Shown here: positions 14,401-28,614 of the stretch, one piece after another
Position numbering within the stretch: position 1 is the first letter of the stretch
How the letters are laid out: every line of letters begins with the position of its first letter
Assembly (NCBI GenBank): GCA_964016885.1
Contig: OZ024754.1
Coordinates: 5,828,001-5,892,000, forward strand
Direction: 5' to 3'
DNA from: Eledone cirrhosa
Lineage: Eukaryota
Length of the DNA stretch: 64,000 nt
The notes under the pieces: generated by a model
Databases searched by the model: none
Seen by the model: only the letters and a program-made list of their open reading frames with translations
Told to the model about the DNA's origin: nothing
Program-made: the position numbers and the translations under genes

Positions 14401-14546
14401 TTGTGTATATATATATATAAATATATATATTTATATATATACATATATATAAATGTATATATATGTATATATATATATGTATATATATACATATATATAT
14501 ATATACACATATATATGTATACAGTATATATATATATTTATATAGA

Positions 14547-14580
<34 letters not shown>

Positions 14581-14837
14581 CCTTGACCAGTTACTTAAAT
14601 CTGAAAACTTGACTACTTAAAATCTTAATCAAAACTGAATGGCGTATACAGTCACATCTACAACAGTTTATCTCATACGTGTTAAATTGTCATTTTGTTG
14701 CAATTGTCTGAATTAAATAATTAGTCAGCTAACTAATTCATTCATTATGCTTATCGCATTTTTGTTTATTCAATTAGATAGTTATGGTGTTAAATATATT
14801 GTTTATTTACATATATATACACATTTGTGTGTGTGTT

Positions 14838-14897
<60 letters not shown>

Positions 14898-14913
14898 AAT
14901 GTATGTGTATATA

Positions 14914-14977
<64 letters not shown>

Positions 14978-14999
14978 TACATTTGTATTTATATGTACA

Positions 15000-15059
<60 letters not shown>

Positions 15060-15097
15060 CATGTCTATTTATGTATATATCCATCCATATATGTGTG

Positions 15098-15140
<43 letters not shown>

Positions 15141-16299
15141 ATATTTTCATCATTTGGGTCGGGTTAAATCAAATATTCCAGTTGGGGATGTGTCCCTTTG
15201 GTAAACCCTGTCTGTTGGCCTGGGTAAGAACCTCTCTGATAAAGCGGGAATAGGTTTTAAAGGAAGTACTGTCTTAGGGTACGAAATGTGTATATTGGGT
15301 CTGCAAGTAAAAAAAAGTGAAAAATGATAATGATAATGATGGTGGTGATTATGATGATAATAGGGAAGGAGGGCAAAGGGGATAAGGTGGAGGTGGGGTC
15401 GATGAAAGAAGGGGTGAAAGAGATAGATAAGAGGATAAATAAGAGGTAAAGGTTAAATGCTAAAGGGTAGTGCTAGTTTAAGTACCTTTATAAAATTATA
15501 TATATATCATATGTATACATATACATGTGTGTATATGTATATGTATATATATATTAATATATATGTAAACATATACATTTCAGAAATGTATTGGGATTGA
15601 TATAATCGGTTTTTCCCTTCCCTTACAAAATTCCACAATTGGAAGCTATTATAATGTATGTAGGTATTTCACAACTACTTGTACGCATAACGATATTTTC
15701 AGGCAGAATTAGTATCAAGAACCGTGTGTGAAAACTAGAGCATAAATATTATTATGTGGCTGAGTATTCCGTAAATATGTGTATCCTTAGAATACAACTC
15801 AGCTGGAATCAGCGTGACAAAATGTACGGCAAGGATAGACACTTAGTTTACAGATGCAGTCCATCAAGTTAGCTTCCAAGGTGTTTCCTTCTATCAGAAG
15901 TGACTCACAAGAATTGGTTCATCGGAGAGCATGTGTCAAGACCTACGATGGTCTATGATGACATGAGGTGTAACTAACCGGTGACCTGATTAAGAAGCGG
16001 GATTTCATGAACACACGGCCATATATGCATGGAAACAGACGTGCACACACACTAACACACACACACGAATTCATTCAGACACACACATACAGATGAATAC
16101 ATACACGCACACAGAAAAGCATATATATTAACATACGTACACACTCGGTAAAGGCAATTAAACAAAGGAAATATACAGATATACAGGCACAAACATACAT
16201 ACATACATACATACATACATACATACATACATACATACATACATACATACATACATACATACATACATACATACATACACACATACATACATACATACA

Positions 16300-16945
16300 T
16301 ATTAAAAGCTACAACAATGTGGAAGACATCCATGTACATAATATGAAAGAGTACTGGTGGAATGTTCCAATAAAATGCAGGCATAACAGACCAGATATTA
16401 TGATATGGGACAGGGAGAAGAAAACATGCACAGTAGTGGAAATTAGCTGCGCAGCAGATGCCAATATAATATCAAAGATTAGTGAAAAGGAGAATATTTA
16501 TGCAGAACTGATGAGAAATCTGCAGATACTCCACCCTGATTACACCTTCAGATTTACGCCTGTGATTATTGGGGCGCTGGGGTATGTTAGTAACAGCCTC
16601 AATACAAATCTTGAGAAGCTAGGCATCACAGAAACAGAAAGAACACAACTAGTTAGAAAACTACAAGTACAATCCATTAATGGAACAGTAAAAATATGTA
16701 AAACATTCCAAACATTTTGCATCTAATAACTACATATACACATGTACAGATACAGAGCATATACAACTCAAAACATCCACATCCACACATACAATAACAT
16801 CCATATCTACACATGCAGACATGGAGACATACATATCTACCTAGTTGATGTTGTGTAAATTCCAATGAGAGAGTCTTGTGTCTAAGTTAGAAACTGACTC
16901 TCTCTCTCTATTGGTAAAACGTTGTGAAATTATAAAACCAGAAGA
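16300..16945 (+). pseudogene. 5'-truncated R4/Dong-like non-LTR retrotransposon (restriction-like endonuclease domain plus 3' UTR) inside (TACA)n
   Basis: ORF 16319-16726: HNRPDIMIWD..VVEISC..KENIYAEL..PVIIGALG is the PD..D/E-type RLE C-terminus of R2-group elements; (ACAT)n at 16193-16300 and 16946-16969. Confidence 0.85.
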
Positions 16946-17013
16946 ACATACATACATACATACATACATAGCGTGAGAAATATAGTCTGAAGGTCCCTCC
17001 TAATTATCTCTCC

Positions 17014-17045
<32 letters not shown>

Positions 17046-17212
17046 TTAAATATATATATATGTAAATGTGTGAGTGTGTGTGTGTGTGTGGGTGTGTGTG
17101 TGTGTAAGTGTGTGTATGTGTGTGTGTATACACAAGGTGTCTCAATAGTCACAATCTATTTTGAATGGCAAGTAATAAGCGCACCAAAATAGATAGGACA
17201 TTTTTAGACACG

Positions 17213-17270
<58 letters not shown>

Positions 17271-17274
17271 TATT

Positions 17275-17386
17275 CTTAAAAAGACTCCAGTTGCATTTTC
17301 GACATCATCTTTTTTCCTTATACTTTCACTCGTGTAGGACATCTTGTTTTTTGTTTTCATTTTGGAAAAAAAAAACTCATTTTCTA

Positions 17387-17388
<2 letters not shown>
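17275..17388 (+). mobile_element. TA-embedded dispersed element family H10
   Basis: AAGACTCCAGTTGCATTTTCGA..CACTCGTGTAGGACA..TTTCTAA recurs at 22232-22340 and as a partial fold-back at 37175-37410. Confidence 0.7.
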
Positions 17389-17433
<45 letters not shown>

Positions 17434-17439
17434 TATATG

Positions 17440-17471
<32 letters not shown>

Positions 17472-17473
17472 CG

Positions 17474-17544
<71 letters not shown>

Positions 17545-17569
17545 TATATATATATAAATATATATATAT

Positions 17570-17759
17570 AACGAAGGAAATGTGGTAAGGAACCAGATGG
17601 ACCATAACGCACCAAAGTACTCAATACTTAGGGTAGTAGAGTGGGTAATAGGAACGAGCAGGACCCCGACGGCTGAGCTCAAGCCGGTTCGACGGCTAAT
17701 TCTTGTCCAGTATTAGCCGTCGAAACGACTTGAGCTCAGCCGTCGGGGTCCTACTCGTT

Positions 17760-17762
<3 letters not shown>
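17570..17762. mobile_element. H2 fold-back element
   Basis: Inverted arms at about 17651-17700 / 17712-17762 containing GAAAC..TTGAGCTC..GTC; one-sided tail at 17570-17650. Confidence 0.75.
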
Positions 17763-17815
<53 letters not shown>

Positions 17816-17877
17816 CGTGACACACATACAGAAATATATTTTTATGAAATATATTTCCATACCAGTGTTTACACAAT

Positions 17878-17946
<69 letters not shown>

Positions 17947-17992
17947 TCTCTCTCTCTCTCTCTCTCGCTCTCTCTTAGTCTATACACTTCTG

Positions 17993-18077
<85 letters not shown>

Positions 18078-18493
18078 ACCGATACTTACTGATATGTCTG
18101 CCAACTCCGTGTTAAATTTGGCATAAAATTGCTACAGATATCCGTACAGCCTGCAGAACTGTACTCAATGTCATCACCCTCCCCACTCCCCCACATACCT
18201 TTGTCGAGGAGAGACTGTGTAGGAATATCTGTGGACTAGACTTTGGAAATACACTGGAATAAATATATAGTATATATTGCTATAGTACATAGAGTAGATT
18301 CATGTCTATATCCACAGACTAAATAATATATGTACTGCATATATGTTTGTTTTACATAGTTATTTGTTTGTATACTACGTCTACGTATATATATGTATGT
18401 ATGTATGTGTGTAGATGTGTTGTTATATATCTATATATGTATGTGTGTGGGTATATATATATATATATATATTTATGAATATATATATATTTA

Positions 18494-18547
<54 letters not shown>

Positions 18548-18548
18548 A

Positions 18549-18580
<32 letters not shown>

Positions 18581-18590
18581 TTATTTATAA

Positions 18591-18671
<81 letters not shown>

Positions 18672-18680
18672 TACAAACAT

Positions 18681-18725
<45 letters not shown>

Positions 18726-18807
18726 AACAAATATACACACACACATATATATATAGAGAGAGAGACATAGGAAATAGTTAAATAGATGCACACATAGATA
18801 GATAGAC

Positions 18808-18891
<84 letters not shown>

Positions 18892-19190
18892 TCCCTTGTT
18901 ATTTCCTCTCAACTTTACAAACTAGAATTCTCTATCGTCATACATCATATACAATGGTGGTTAATGTTTAAATTGCGTCTTATGTGTGCCATCTAAATTC
19001 AAAACGTTGTTATTGAATCTTCACATTATATATACTTACACAACAGAATAGTCTCATCTAAAGATGTACACACAAAGGGATTTAACACGCAAATAATTCT
19101 GTACATACAAATGTTTTAATGAGGCAAACATAAACACATACTTGGATACATATAATTGTGTTTATACACTTCTTTATAAATATACTTGTG

Positions 19191-19262
<72 letters not shown>

Positions 19263-19271
19263 TAGATATAT

Positions 19272-19308
<37 letters not shown>

Positions 19309-19319
19309 TAACAGATTAG

Positions 19320-19370
19320 AGTTTAAGCAAAGAATCGCTGCTTTCGCCCTTAATGGGATCTTCTGAAACT
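19320..19370 (-). ncRNA. Hammerhead-like motif with variant core CAGAAGA (family H7)
   Basis: AGTTT-CAGAAGA-t-CCC-ATTAA-GGG-c-GAAA-GCA..TGC-T-T-AAACT has three stems in hammerhead geometry, but U4 is A. Confidence 0.5.
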
Positions 19371-19506
19371 AAAAAAGTCAATCTGTGAACGCAGAACTAA
19401 TTATTATTATTATTAATACTTTGCCTTTCATCCGTACGGGGTCGATAAAATAAAGTACCAGTAATGCACTGGGTAATTGCTGGCCTTGTGCCAAAAAGTA
19501 GAAACA

Positions 19507-19542
<36 letters not shown>

Positions 19543-19724
19543 ATTACTATATATATATATATTTATATATATAAGTATATTTATATATGTGTATTTATAT
19601 ATGTGTGTATATATATATGTATGTAGATATATATATATATATTATATATTATATATATATATAAATATATATATATATATCTGTGTGTGTGTGTTTATAT
19701 ATATATATATATATATATATAAAA

Positions 19725-19775
19725 GGCTTCTACAGGAGTAGAACTGTTTCATTCGGGAGAAATCATCAGGAAGCC
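19725..19775 (-). ncRNA. Type I hammerhead motif (H1 variant)
   Basis: GGCTTC-CTGATGA-tTTC-TCCC-GAAt-GAAAC-AG..CT-GTA-GAAGCC; stem I covaries relative to GATTC/GAATC copies. Confidence 0.75.
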
Positions 19776-19836
19776 CTTATATATATATATAGATATAAGT
19801 GTGTGTGTGTGTGTGAGCGTGTGTACGTACGTGTGT

Positions 19837-19874
<38 letters not shown>

Positions 19875-21157
19875 GTATACATATATATAAACACATACAA
19901 ATTTGAAAGGGGCTGATTGTTAGATAGGTTCGAGAAATGTATGTTTCCCATAGTCTTACATTGCTAGTACTATCTATCAAAATCGATATCGATCTTCCGA
20001 GATTTGAACTCAGAACATACAGAGCCGGAACAGATACTGCAAAGAAACCTTCTCGAGATTTCTTAACAATTCCATCAATCCTCTCAGAATACCAGACTTA
20101 TATTTGGTTTACCGACCTCGAAAAAATGGCAGCCGAAATTGACATCCCTTAGCAAGATTTGAACTCAAATCCCAGAGATTCGGGTTATTAGATACCTCGG
20201 TATTTGATTGGATGGTCTAATAACTCATCTAATAATTTATTTTGTTACCAGATTGAAATACGGACTAAATTGTTTAGTGGTTGTAGAGGGATCTGATTGT
20301 GTGTGTGTGTGTGTGTGTGTGAGAGAGTGTGTGTGAATGTGTGTGTGTGCGTGTATGTGCATGTGTGTGTGAGTGATGTATATTAGATAGCATATGCTGA
20401 AAGACCCACATAATAAAGACACCAAAAGTCATACAAACACACCCACACACACACACACACAGAAACATACACACAGACCAACACAAACACTGCCACACCC
20501 ATACACACTCACACAGACACACATACACACACACACACCCAAACACAAACACACAAACACATACATACCCATACAAGCACATTCAGACCCACACACACAC
20601 ACACACAAACACAAACACAAACGCACTCACACAAACACATACATGCCGAGACAATCACATACAGACCCATACACGCACTGAAACACACAAACACCGACCC
20701 AGATACACACGCACACGTACACATAGGTACACACACACACACACACATATACATACAGGCATGGAAACGCATTATTTGAGATAATGATTTAGTAATTAGC
20801 CATGAAACCTCTTAACGTTGTCTTTAGAAGGAAAGGAAGAGATTGCTATAGTCAGTTAATTGGTCTTTTATCAAATATAATCTGTATTGGAGTCAGACAT
20901 AATGCCAATAGCGGGGTACGAACTCACGAAGCATGCCTCCCTGCTAGTCTCTATTATTCTATTACTCTATATACTTGTATGTATATATATATATAAGTGT
21001 GTGTGTGTGTGTGTGTATTGTTATACTTGGGGGCGGGGTCATATTGTTGTAATAATATTGCCAGAAATACTAACAGGACACACTCACTGTTTGGTTGGTT
21101 TTGGCTTCTGTATCTTTTATATCTCCATAGTTAATTTATTTGGCAATCAATATAGAA

Positions 21158-21474
21158 AGGATGGCTCTGAACATTAATCAGTATACACTGAGGATGAAAA
21201 ACTCAGAGCTGTATGGGAGCATCCCAAAAGTGACACAGAGGAGATTGAGGTTGGCTGGACATGCTCACCGACATCCAGAGTTGACATTGCACTCAGTGCT
21301 CCTTTGGGAGCCTCTACATGGACACACTAGAAGAGGAAGACCAAGGTTAACATATGTTGATGCCCTAAGGACAGACACTGGTCTGTTGGAGATGCAGGAT
21401 ATGGTAGCGATAATGAGGGACAGAGACCGCTGGAGAGAACTCGTCCATGGATCTCGGGAATTTTACCCGCCTTA
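21158..21474 (+). pseudogene. Second 5'-truncated copy of the RTE-type LINE 3' end
   Basis: High similarity to 3885-4180; RRLRLAGHAHRH..RRGRPRLTYVD..DRDRWR; ends at the same TTTTACCCGCC followed by (TAGA)n. Confidence 0.85.
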
Positions 21475-21487
21475 GATAGATAGATAG

Positions 21488-21599
<112 letters not shown>

Positions 21600-21643
21600 A
21601 ATTATATATACAAACATATACGCACACAAATGTCACAAATATG

Positions 21644-21856
21644 TCAACATGAATGTACCTGTTATTTTTATCTAAAGACATTTTTTTCCAATTCCAACCC
21701 GCCCGTCCTTTTGATCTATCTTATTTCTCATTCTTTCTTCTGGCGAAGGACTAGCGTCCGAAACGTTAACACCCTCTTCCTGCTATATCAAACGTTAACC
21801 TAATATATACCTTTCATATACTGTACCGATTGTGTTGTTATTTCTGTTTACCTTTT
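21644..21856 (+). mobile_element. Family H5 element with degenerate minimal hammerhead
   Basis: TCTT-CTGGCGA-A-GGAC-TAGC-GTCC-GAAACGTTAA; homologous to 39015-39196 and 54243-54458 (minus strand). Confidence 0.7.
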
Positions 21857-21915
<59 letters not shown>

Positions 21916-21920
<5 letters not shown>

Positions 21921-22184
21921 GTTATTCCGGGTTGAATCGGAGGTAACCACAGTAAGTAAGGTACTCAATACATAGCAGAGTATAAAAGTTTTAATATAGA
22001 TGAGATTCTACAGGACTAGAACTGTTTCATTCATTAGAAATCATCAGGAATCTGATTCCTGATGATTTCTAATGAATGAAACAGTTCTAGTCCTGTAGAA
22101 TCTCATCTATATTAAAACTTATATACTCTGCTATGTATTGAGTACCTTACTTACTGTGGTTACCTCCGATTCAACCCGGAATAA

Positions 22185-22190
<6 letters not shown>
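21916..22190. mobile_element. Near-perfect 275-bp palindrome, family H1 dimer in (TA)n
   Basis: Arms 21916-22052 / 22054-22190 with a 1-nt spacer and about two mismatches. Confidence 0.85.
22054..22102 (+). ncRNA. Type I hammerhead motif (H1); mirror copy at 22004-22052 on the minus strand
   Basis: GATTC-CTGATGA-tTTC-TAAT-GAAt-GAAAC-AG-TTCTAGTC-CT-GTA-GAATC; predicted cleavage after A22097. Confidence 0.8.
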
Positions 22191-22233
<43 letters not shown>

Positions 22234-22333
22234 ATAAGACTCCAGTTGCATTTTCGATTTCATCTTTTTTTCTTTATACTTTCACTCGTGTAGGACACCT
22301 CGGTTATTTTTCATTTTGTAAAAAAAATCTCAC

Positions 22334-22372
<39 letters not shown>

Positions 22373-22696
22373 TTCAAAATATTAATAAATATAGACATCA
22401 TGTGATCAAATATATTTTATTATATTTATTTTATTTCAGAGGTACTGTGCTGTATCCTCAGTACGTCCTCATCAGATAAAATAATTTGATGTCTGTCTGA
22501 CATACCTCAACTGTGCTGATGGTTCAGTTCCAGTCTTGGCAGTCATTTGAATTAATATTAATAACTCCAGAAAACTTCATTGCTGAGTGCTTCTAAACTA
22601 TTGTAAAACTATATTCATTGATTAATCAATGAAACTTGTTTAACTTTTGGTTATATATACATATATAAACACACACACACATATATATATATATAT

Positions 22697-23174
22697 GGAA
22701 AGTTATATTTAAATTGTTGGGTTACAACTAGTAAATATTTATAACTGATATAAAAGCACTCGACAAGTATTTGGAGTATATTTACGATATTAAATAAATG
22801 GAAACTATATTTATAAAACCATATTTATTTCATTATATATATTTCAGGGATATCATATTAACAATATGCTATGCCTTCCTCAGACAAAATACAATATAGA
22901 CAGTTTTATAGATAAATAGATTTGACATACCGTAACAACATCGACTTGTATTTGAAAAGTTGATTTGGCAGTGTTTACAATTTTTTTCACTGCCAAATCA
23001 ACTTTTCAAATACAAGTCGATGTTGAACGGTACATCAAATCTATTTATCTATAAAACTGTCTATATTGTATTTTGTCTGAGGAAGGCATAGCATATTGTT
23101 AATATGATATCCCTGAAATATATATAATGAAATAAATATGGTTTTATAAATATAGTTTCCATTTATTTAATATC

Positions 23175-23176
<2 letters not shown>
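22697..23176. mobile_element. H3b fold-back element with a CTGAGGA hammerhead at 23069-23134 (+) and its mirror
   Basis: About 190-bp inverted arms; stem I TATTTTGT/ATGAAATA, long stem II AGG-c-ATA-g-CATATT/AATATG-a-TAT-c-CCT, GAAA-TATATAT-A; near-identical to 50139-50595. Confidence 0.8.
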
Positions 23177-23222
<46 letters not shown>

Positions 23223-23346
23223 TATATATATATATATATATACAGTATATATATATATATAAATATATATGAAGTATTTCCGTAGAAAAGGTAAAGCAAG
23301 GAAGAATATATATATAGTACAGAGCTATTTAATTATAATAATATAT

Positions 23347-23496
23347 AATTGTTTTTACTTTTGGCACAAGGCCAGCAATTACTCCAATGTATTACTGGTA
23401 CTTTATTTTATCTACCCCGTAAGGATGAAAGGCAAAGTTAACCTCAGCTGGATTTGAACTCAGACCATAAAGGGCGGTAACTCTATGCTGCATGGC

Positions 23497-23497
<1 letters not shown>
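23347..23497 (-). mobile_element. SINE S1, 5' truncated
   Basis: S1 tail, core and B box on the minus strand. Confidence 0.8.
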
Positions 23498-23558
<61 letters not shown>

Positions 23559-23946
23559 ATATATATATATATCCTTTGAGTATGTATGTATAGGGAGATG
23601 TATATACTTGCACACACAAATATATATGTACTTGCGTATATACTTTATAATATATACGTGTGTTTAGGTGTGTTACCAAATGCATAGATACACACACATG
23701 CACGCACTCACACACACCACGCATATACACATATACGTATGTATGTATGTATGTATGTATGTATTTATAATCATACACACATACGTACATCTTTATTGCA
23801 CGTATATGTGTAGGTATAACTATGAAATATATATATATATGTGTTTACGAGACTTTGCGTGCCTGGGCGTGTGGATATACTTTTTAAATATGTCTTTGTG
23901 TATATTTACATATACATACGTATGTATATTGAACGTATATGCTTAC

Positions 23947-24006
<60 letters not shown>

Positions 24007-24246
24007 ATATGTATGTATATATATATATATATACATATATATACATATATGGATTTATAAATATATATAAACATATATGTATTCATATATTTATATATAT
24101 ATATGAATACATATATATATATAAATATATATATATATATGTGTGTGTGTGTATGTGTGTGTGTGTGTGTTTGCATTATATTTAGCATGTATTTAACATT
24201 AAATATTTACATGAACCATACGTATGTATGAACGTAAATGTGTACG

Positions 24247-24351
<105 letters not shown>

Positions 24352-24928
24352 CTGTGATTGTATATATGTGTATGTGTATGTGTGTGTGTTTGTGTTATAT
24401 TTGGCATGTATTTAACATTAAATATTTACATGAACATATTCACCTGAAGCAGAAACAAAATGCAGATTGATTTGTAAATTATTCATTGTTATTTTAAAAT
24501 ATATTTATTCTGAAATATTCAGTGAAAACAGAAAAAAAATAGAAATAAAATGATGATTTTTTTTTTTTTCCTCTTTCAAAAGCTAATGTTAAATGTTATA
24601 ATGTAAATTATGAAACAACAGCCAGCCAAGACACCTCTGTGTGTTTTACATGCCCCGGATAGATTTTCGAAAGGGATTTTAATCTCTTCAATAAAGAAAA
24701 CGGTTGAATTACACATTCTTTTGTAGCGACAGTCGTTCTGTGATGGAGTGAATAGCTTAGTGGCGATGTTGTTAGACTTACAATCGTTTTATAAGGTCGT
24801 GCGTCTAGTAGGCTTTCAGATGGGTCTCAGATGGGTTTCAGATGGGTAGAATCCAGGTAGGTTTGATTCCAATTCAGTGAATAGCTTAGTTTCGATGTTG
24901 TTAGACTCACAATTGTTTTATAAGATCA

Positions 24929-25093
24929 GAGAGTCGGACGTCATGCTTTGACGCATAGAGTTACGGCCCTTGCTATTCTGAGTTCAAATGCTGACGAGGT
25001 TAACTTTGCCTTTCATCCTTACAGGGTCGATAAAATAACGTACCAGTAATGCACTGGGTAATTGCTGGTCTTGTGCCAAAAGCAGAAACAATT
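24929..25093 (+). mobile_element. SINE S1, 5' truncated, within a local duplication
   Basis: S1 consensus; flanks 24790-24872 and 25093-25165 are duplicated. Confidence 0.8.
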
Positions 25094-25883
25094 ATAAGGT
25101 CGTAAGTCTAGTAGGGTCTCAGATACGTCTCAGATGGGTAGAATCCAGGTAGGTTTAATTCCAAATGAGTTAGGTAATAGGATTGTAAAATAAATTCTAT
25201 TTTAGGAATATGGTTTTAGAGGACAAAATCTATTAAAAAGTAAATTCTAATAAGGGAGGAAGCAACATAGAATTGATAATTGATACCAACACAAGATAAT
25301 TTATTTTATAATTCCAATACAATCTTTTCTTGTTTTCAGATATACTAAAACATCGTATGTGTTCTTAGTTTAGTCTTGGTGTCTAGACACTAAATACCAA
25401 CACAAGATACTTTATTTTATAATTCCAATGTAAGCAATGACAACTATATTAGCCACGCAGGGCTCACATGACAGGTGCAATGTGTCCAAACACGGAAGAG
25501 CCGAATTCCCACTGTCATCGCTTCCATCTCTCTCGCACTCCCCATCTCTCTGTATTATGAGCAAATGGGGTCCCACGTGCTGGCCGCCCCACGTTGTGTC
25601 TTTGAGCAAGACACTTCATTTCATGTCCCTCCATCTTTCTCAGCTGAGTAACAACTGTGCTGTTGGATTAACTGTTTGATGAACTAACGTCTTGTCCAGA
25701 TATTCGGTTAGTCATGTACTCACACTTGCTTAATACCCATAAAACTAGGATATGCTCTAGGGTTCCACCAACCCCGTACAAGCAAAGGAAACTGAATATA
25801 AATCGAAAACTCTAAATCATTCGTTGATATTTTATAAGCTAAGTTTATGTTTGCATTGAATTGAGCAAAGATACTTTCAATAT

Positions 25884-26025
25884 GGCGGCGAATTGGCAGA
25901 GTCGTTAGAAAGTCAGATAAAATGCTTTACAGTATTCGTTCCGGAACTCTGCTCTCAGAGTTCAAATCGTGCCGAGGTCATCTTTGCCTTTCATCCATTC
26001 GAGGTCGATAATAGAAAAAGTACTG
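25884..26025 (+). mobile_element. Older related tRNA-SINE (family S2, Nin-like core)
   Basis: GGCGGCGAATTGGCAGAGTCGTTAG..GAGTTCAAATC..TTTGCCTTTCATCC.TTCGAGGTCGATAA; decayed relatives at about 19980-20070 (-) and 47335-47480 (+). Confidence 0.7.
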
Positions 26026-26311
26026 GCGTGAATTCTTCCTCTCTCGGGCCTGGGAGGGTGCGGGCTCCACCATGTTTAAAAAGGGGTCCAAGAAACGCCG
26101 CTTGTACATACGTATGTATGCCTGTACGTACGGACGGATGGATGAATGGATGGATGAATCTATGTGTGTGTATGTACGTACGTCTGTATGTATATTTGTA
26201 TATATATATACATATATATATATGTATAGATGGATGTATGTATTCATGACTGTATCCATGCATGTATATACGTACGTACATATGTATTATATAGGTATAT
26301 ATGTATGGGTG

Positions 26312-26347
<36 letters not shown>

Positions 26348-26620
26348 TTTGTGTATATGTAAGTGTGTGTGACTGAACGATTAAGCATGTCGCCTAGCAA
26401 TCAAATATATATTTGAAAGAGAAACCTAGCTTTTTCTTTCCCTTTTTGTGGAGATATTAAAGTGCTTCCTTCAAGTCTCTGTGGAGTGTATAGAGAGATA
26501 TATGTGATAATCTTTCTGGGTTATCGTGATGTAGTTAGTCCTGGTTTATCATATGTTGCATGAAGGTATATACGTCTCTATGAATACACACACGTACAGA
26601 CACACACACACACCTACATT

Positions 26621-26675
<55 letters not shown>

Positions 26676-26757
26676 GTAGATTATTTTCTAAAAGTTGGTG
26701 ATTTTTTTTCCACTTATATATATACAGATATTTTTGTATATATATGTCTGTATATAT

Positions 26758-26810
<53 letters not shown>

Positions 26811-26991
26811 TACATCTGTCAAAGTTATCAAAGTTATATATATATATATATGTGTGTGTGCATACATATATGTACATATATAGGTATATATATAAATATA
26901 TATATATATACATATATATGCAAAATAAAAATATATATATATATATATATGTATATAAATATACATATATATATATATATATGTGTATATG

Positions 26992-27053
<62 letters not shown>

Positions 27054-27094
27054 CGTGTGTAAATATATACATGTATATATATATATAGATATAT

Positions 27095-27141
<47 letters not shown>

Positions 27142-27242
27142 TATATATCGATATATATATTTTTTTTTTATATATATATATATATATATGTGTGTGTATG
27201 TGTATATATATATATATATATATATGTGCGTGTGTGTGTGTG

Positions 27243-27301
<59 letters not shown>

Positions 27302-27451
27302 GTAAGCCTGAGTATACCCGGTGTAGCCACTCATACAGACTCAACTTTGAATAAATATTATTATAATCTACTTATCTTTCTTCTGTATTCATTCACTGCT
27401 TAGCAATTCACACCAGTGTGAGGGTACTACACATTCTCTCACACACACACA

Positions 27452-27502
<51 letters not shown>

Positions 27503-27548
27503 GTGTGTGTGTATATATGTATATATATGTATATTTATATACATATGT

Positions 27549-27606
<58 letters not shown>

Positions 27607-27675
27607 ATATATGGATATATATATATTCCCATACATACTCACACACATATATATATTTATATATTTATATATATG

Positions 27676-27720
<45 letters not shown>

Positions 27721-27733
27721 ATATATGTATATA

Positions 27734-27814
<81 letters not shown>

Positions 27815-27845
27815 GTGCCTGTGTGTGTGTTTGTGTTGGAATATA

Positions 27846-27880
<35 letters not shown>

Positions 27881-27917
27881 CGTTTCTGAATTTGGCAACA
27901 TGACCCTCCCAAAGTAT

Positions 27918-28047
<130 letters not shown>

Positions 28048-28166
28048 GTGTGCGCGTGTATATATATATATACACACACACATATCTCTATATATATGTA
28101 TGCATATATACACACATACATCTCTATATATATGTATATATATGTATATATACAAGCACATATCCC

Positions 28167-28199
<33 letters not shown>

Positions 28200-28231
28200 C
28201 ATATGTGTATAACGCACACACACACACAGAC

Positions 28232-28290
<59 letters not shown>

Positions 28291-28464
28291 TATTTACAGA
28301 GAGAGAGAGAGTTTGTTTCCATTTGTAAAGAAGCTGATGACGTAGAAAAGTGATTCCCCTTGTTAGCTGCCCGCCCCCTCCCTACGTCCCACTTTAATAC
28401 TCTAGTTATTAAGTACATCAACTGACACCCTCCTTTACATATTTGGCTCCCACCACTACCCCCT

Positions 28465-28574
28465 CTCTTTCTGTCCCTCCCTCTCCTCTCTCTCTCTTTC
28501 AATCTCTCTCACTCAATCTCTTTCACTCTCTCTCTCTCTCTGACTCTCGCTCTCTCTCGCTCAATCTCTCTCAA

Positions 28575-28614
<40 letters not shown>

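Noticed and set aside
21916-22190. Palindromes as pure sequencing or assembly fold-back artefacts, or as DNA-transposon MITEs
   Set aside because: Arms differ by substitutions, are often asymmetric, end at element boundaries and have family-specific axes, and single-arm copies exist. Read-level confirmation is still needed.
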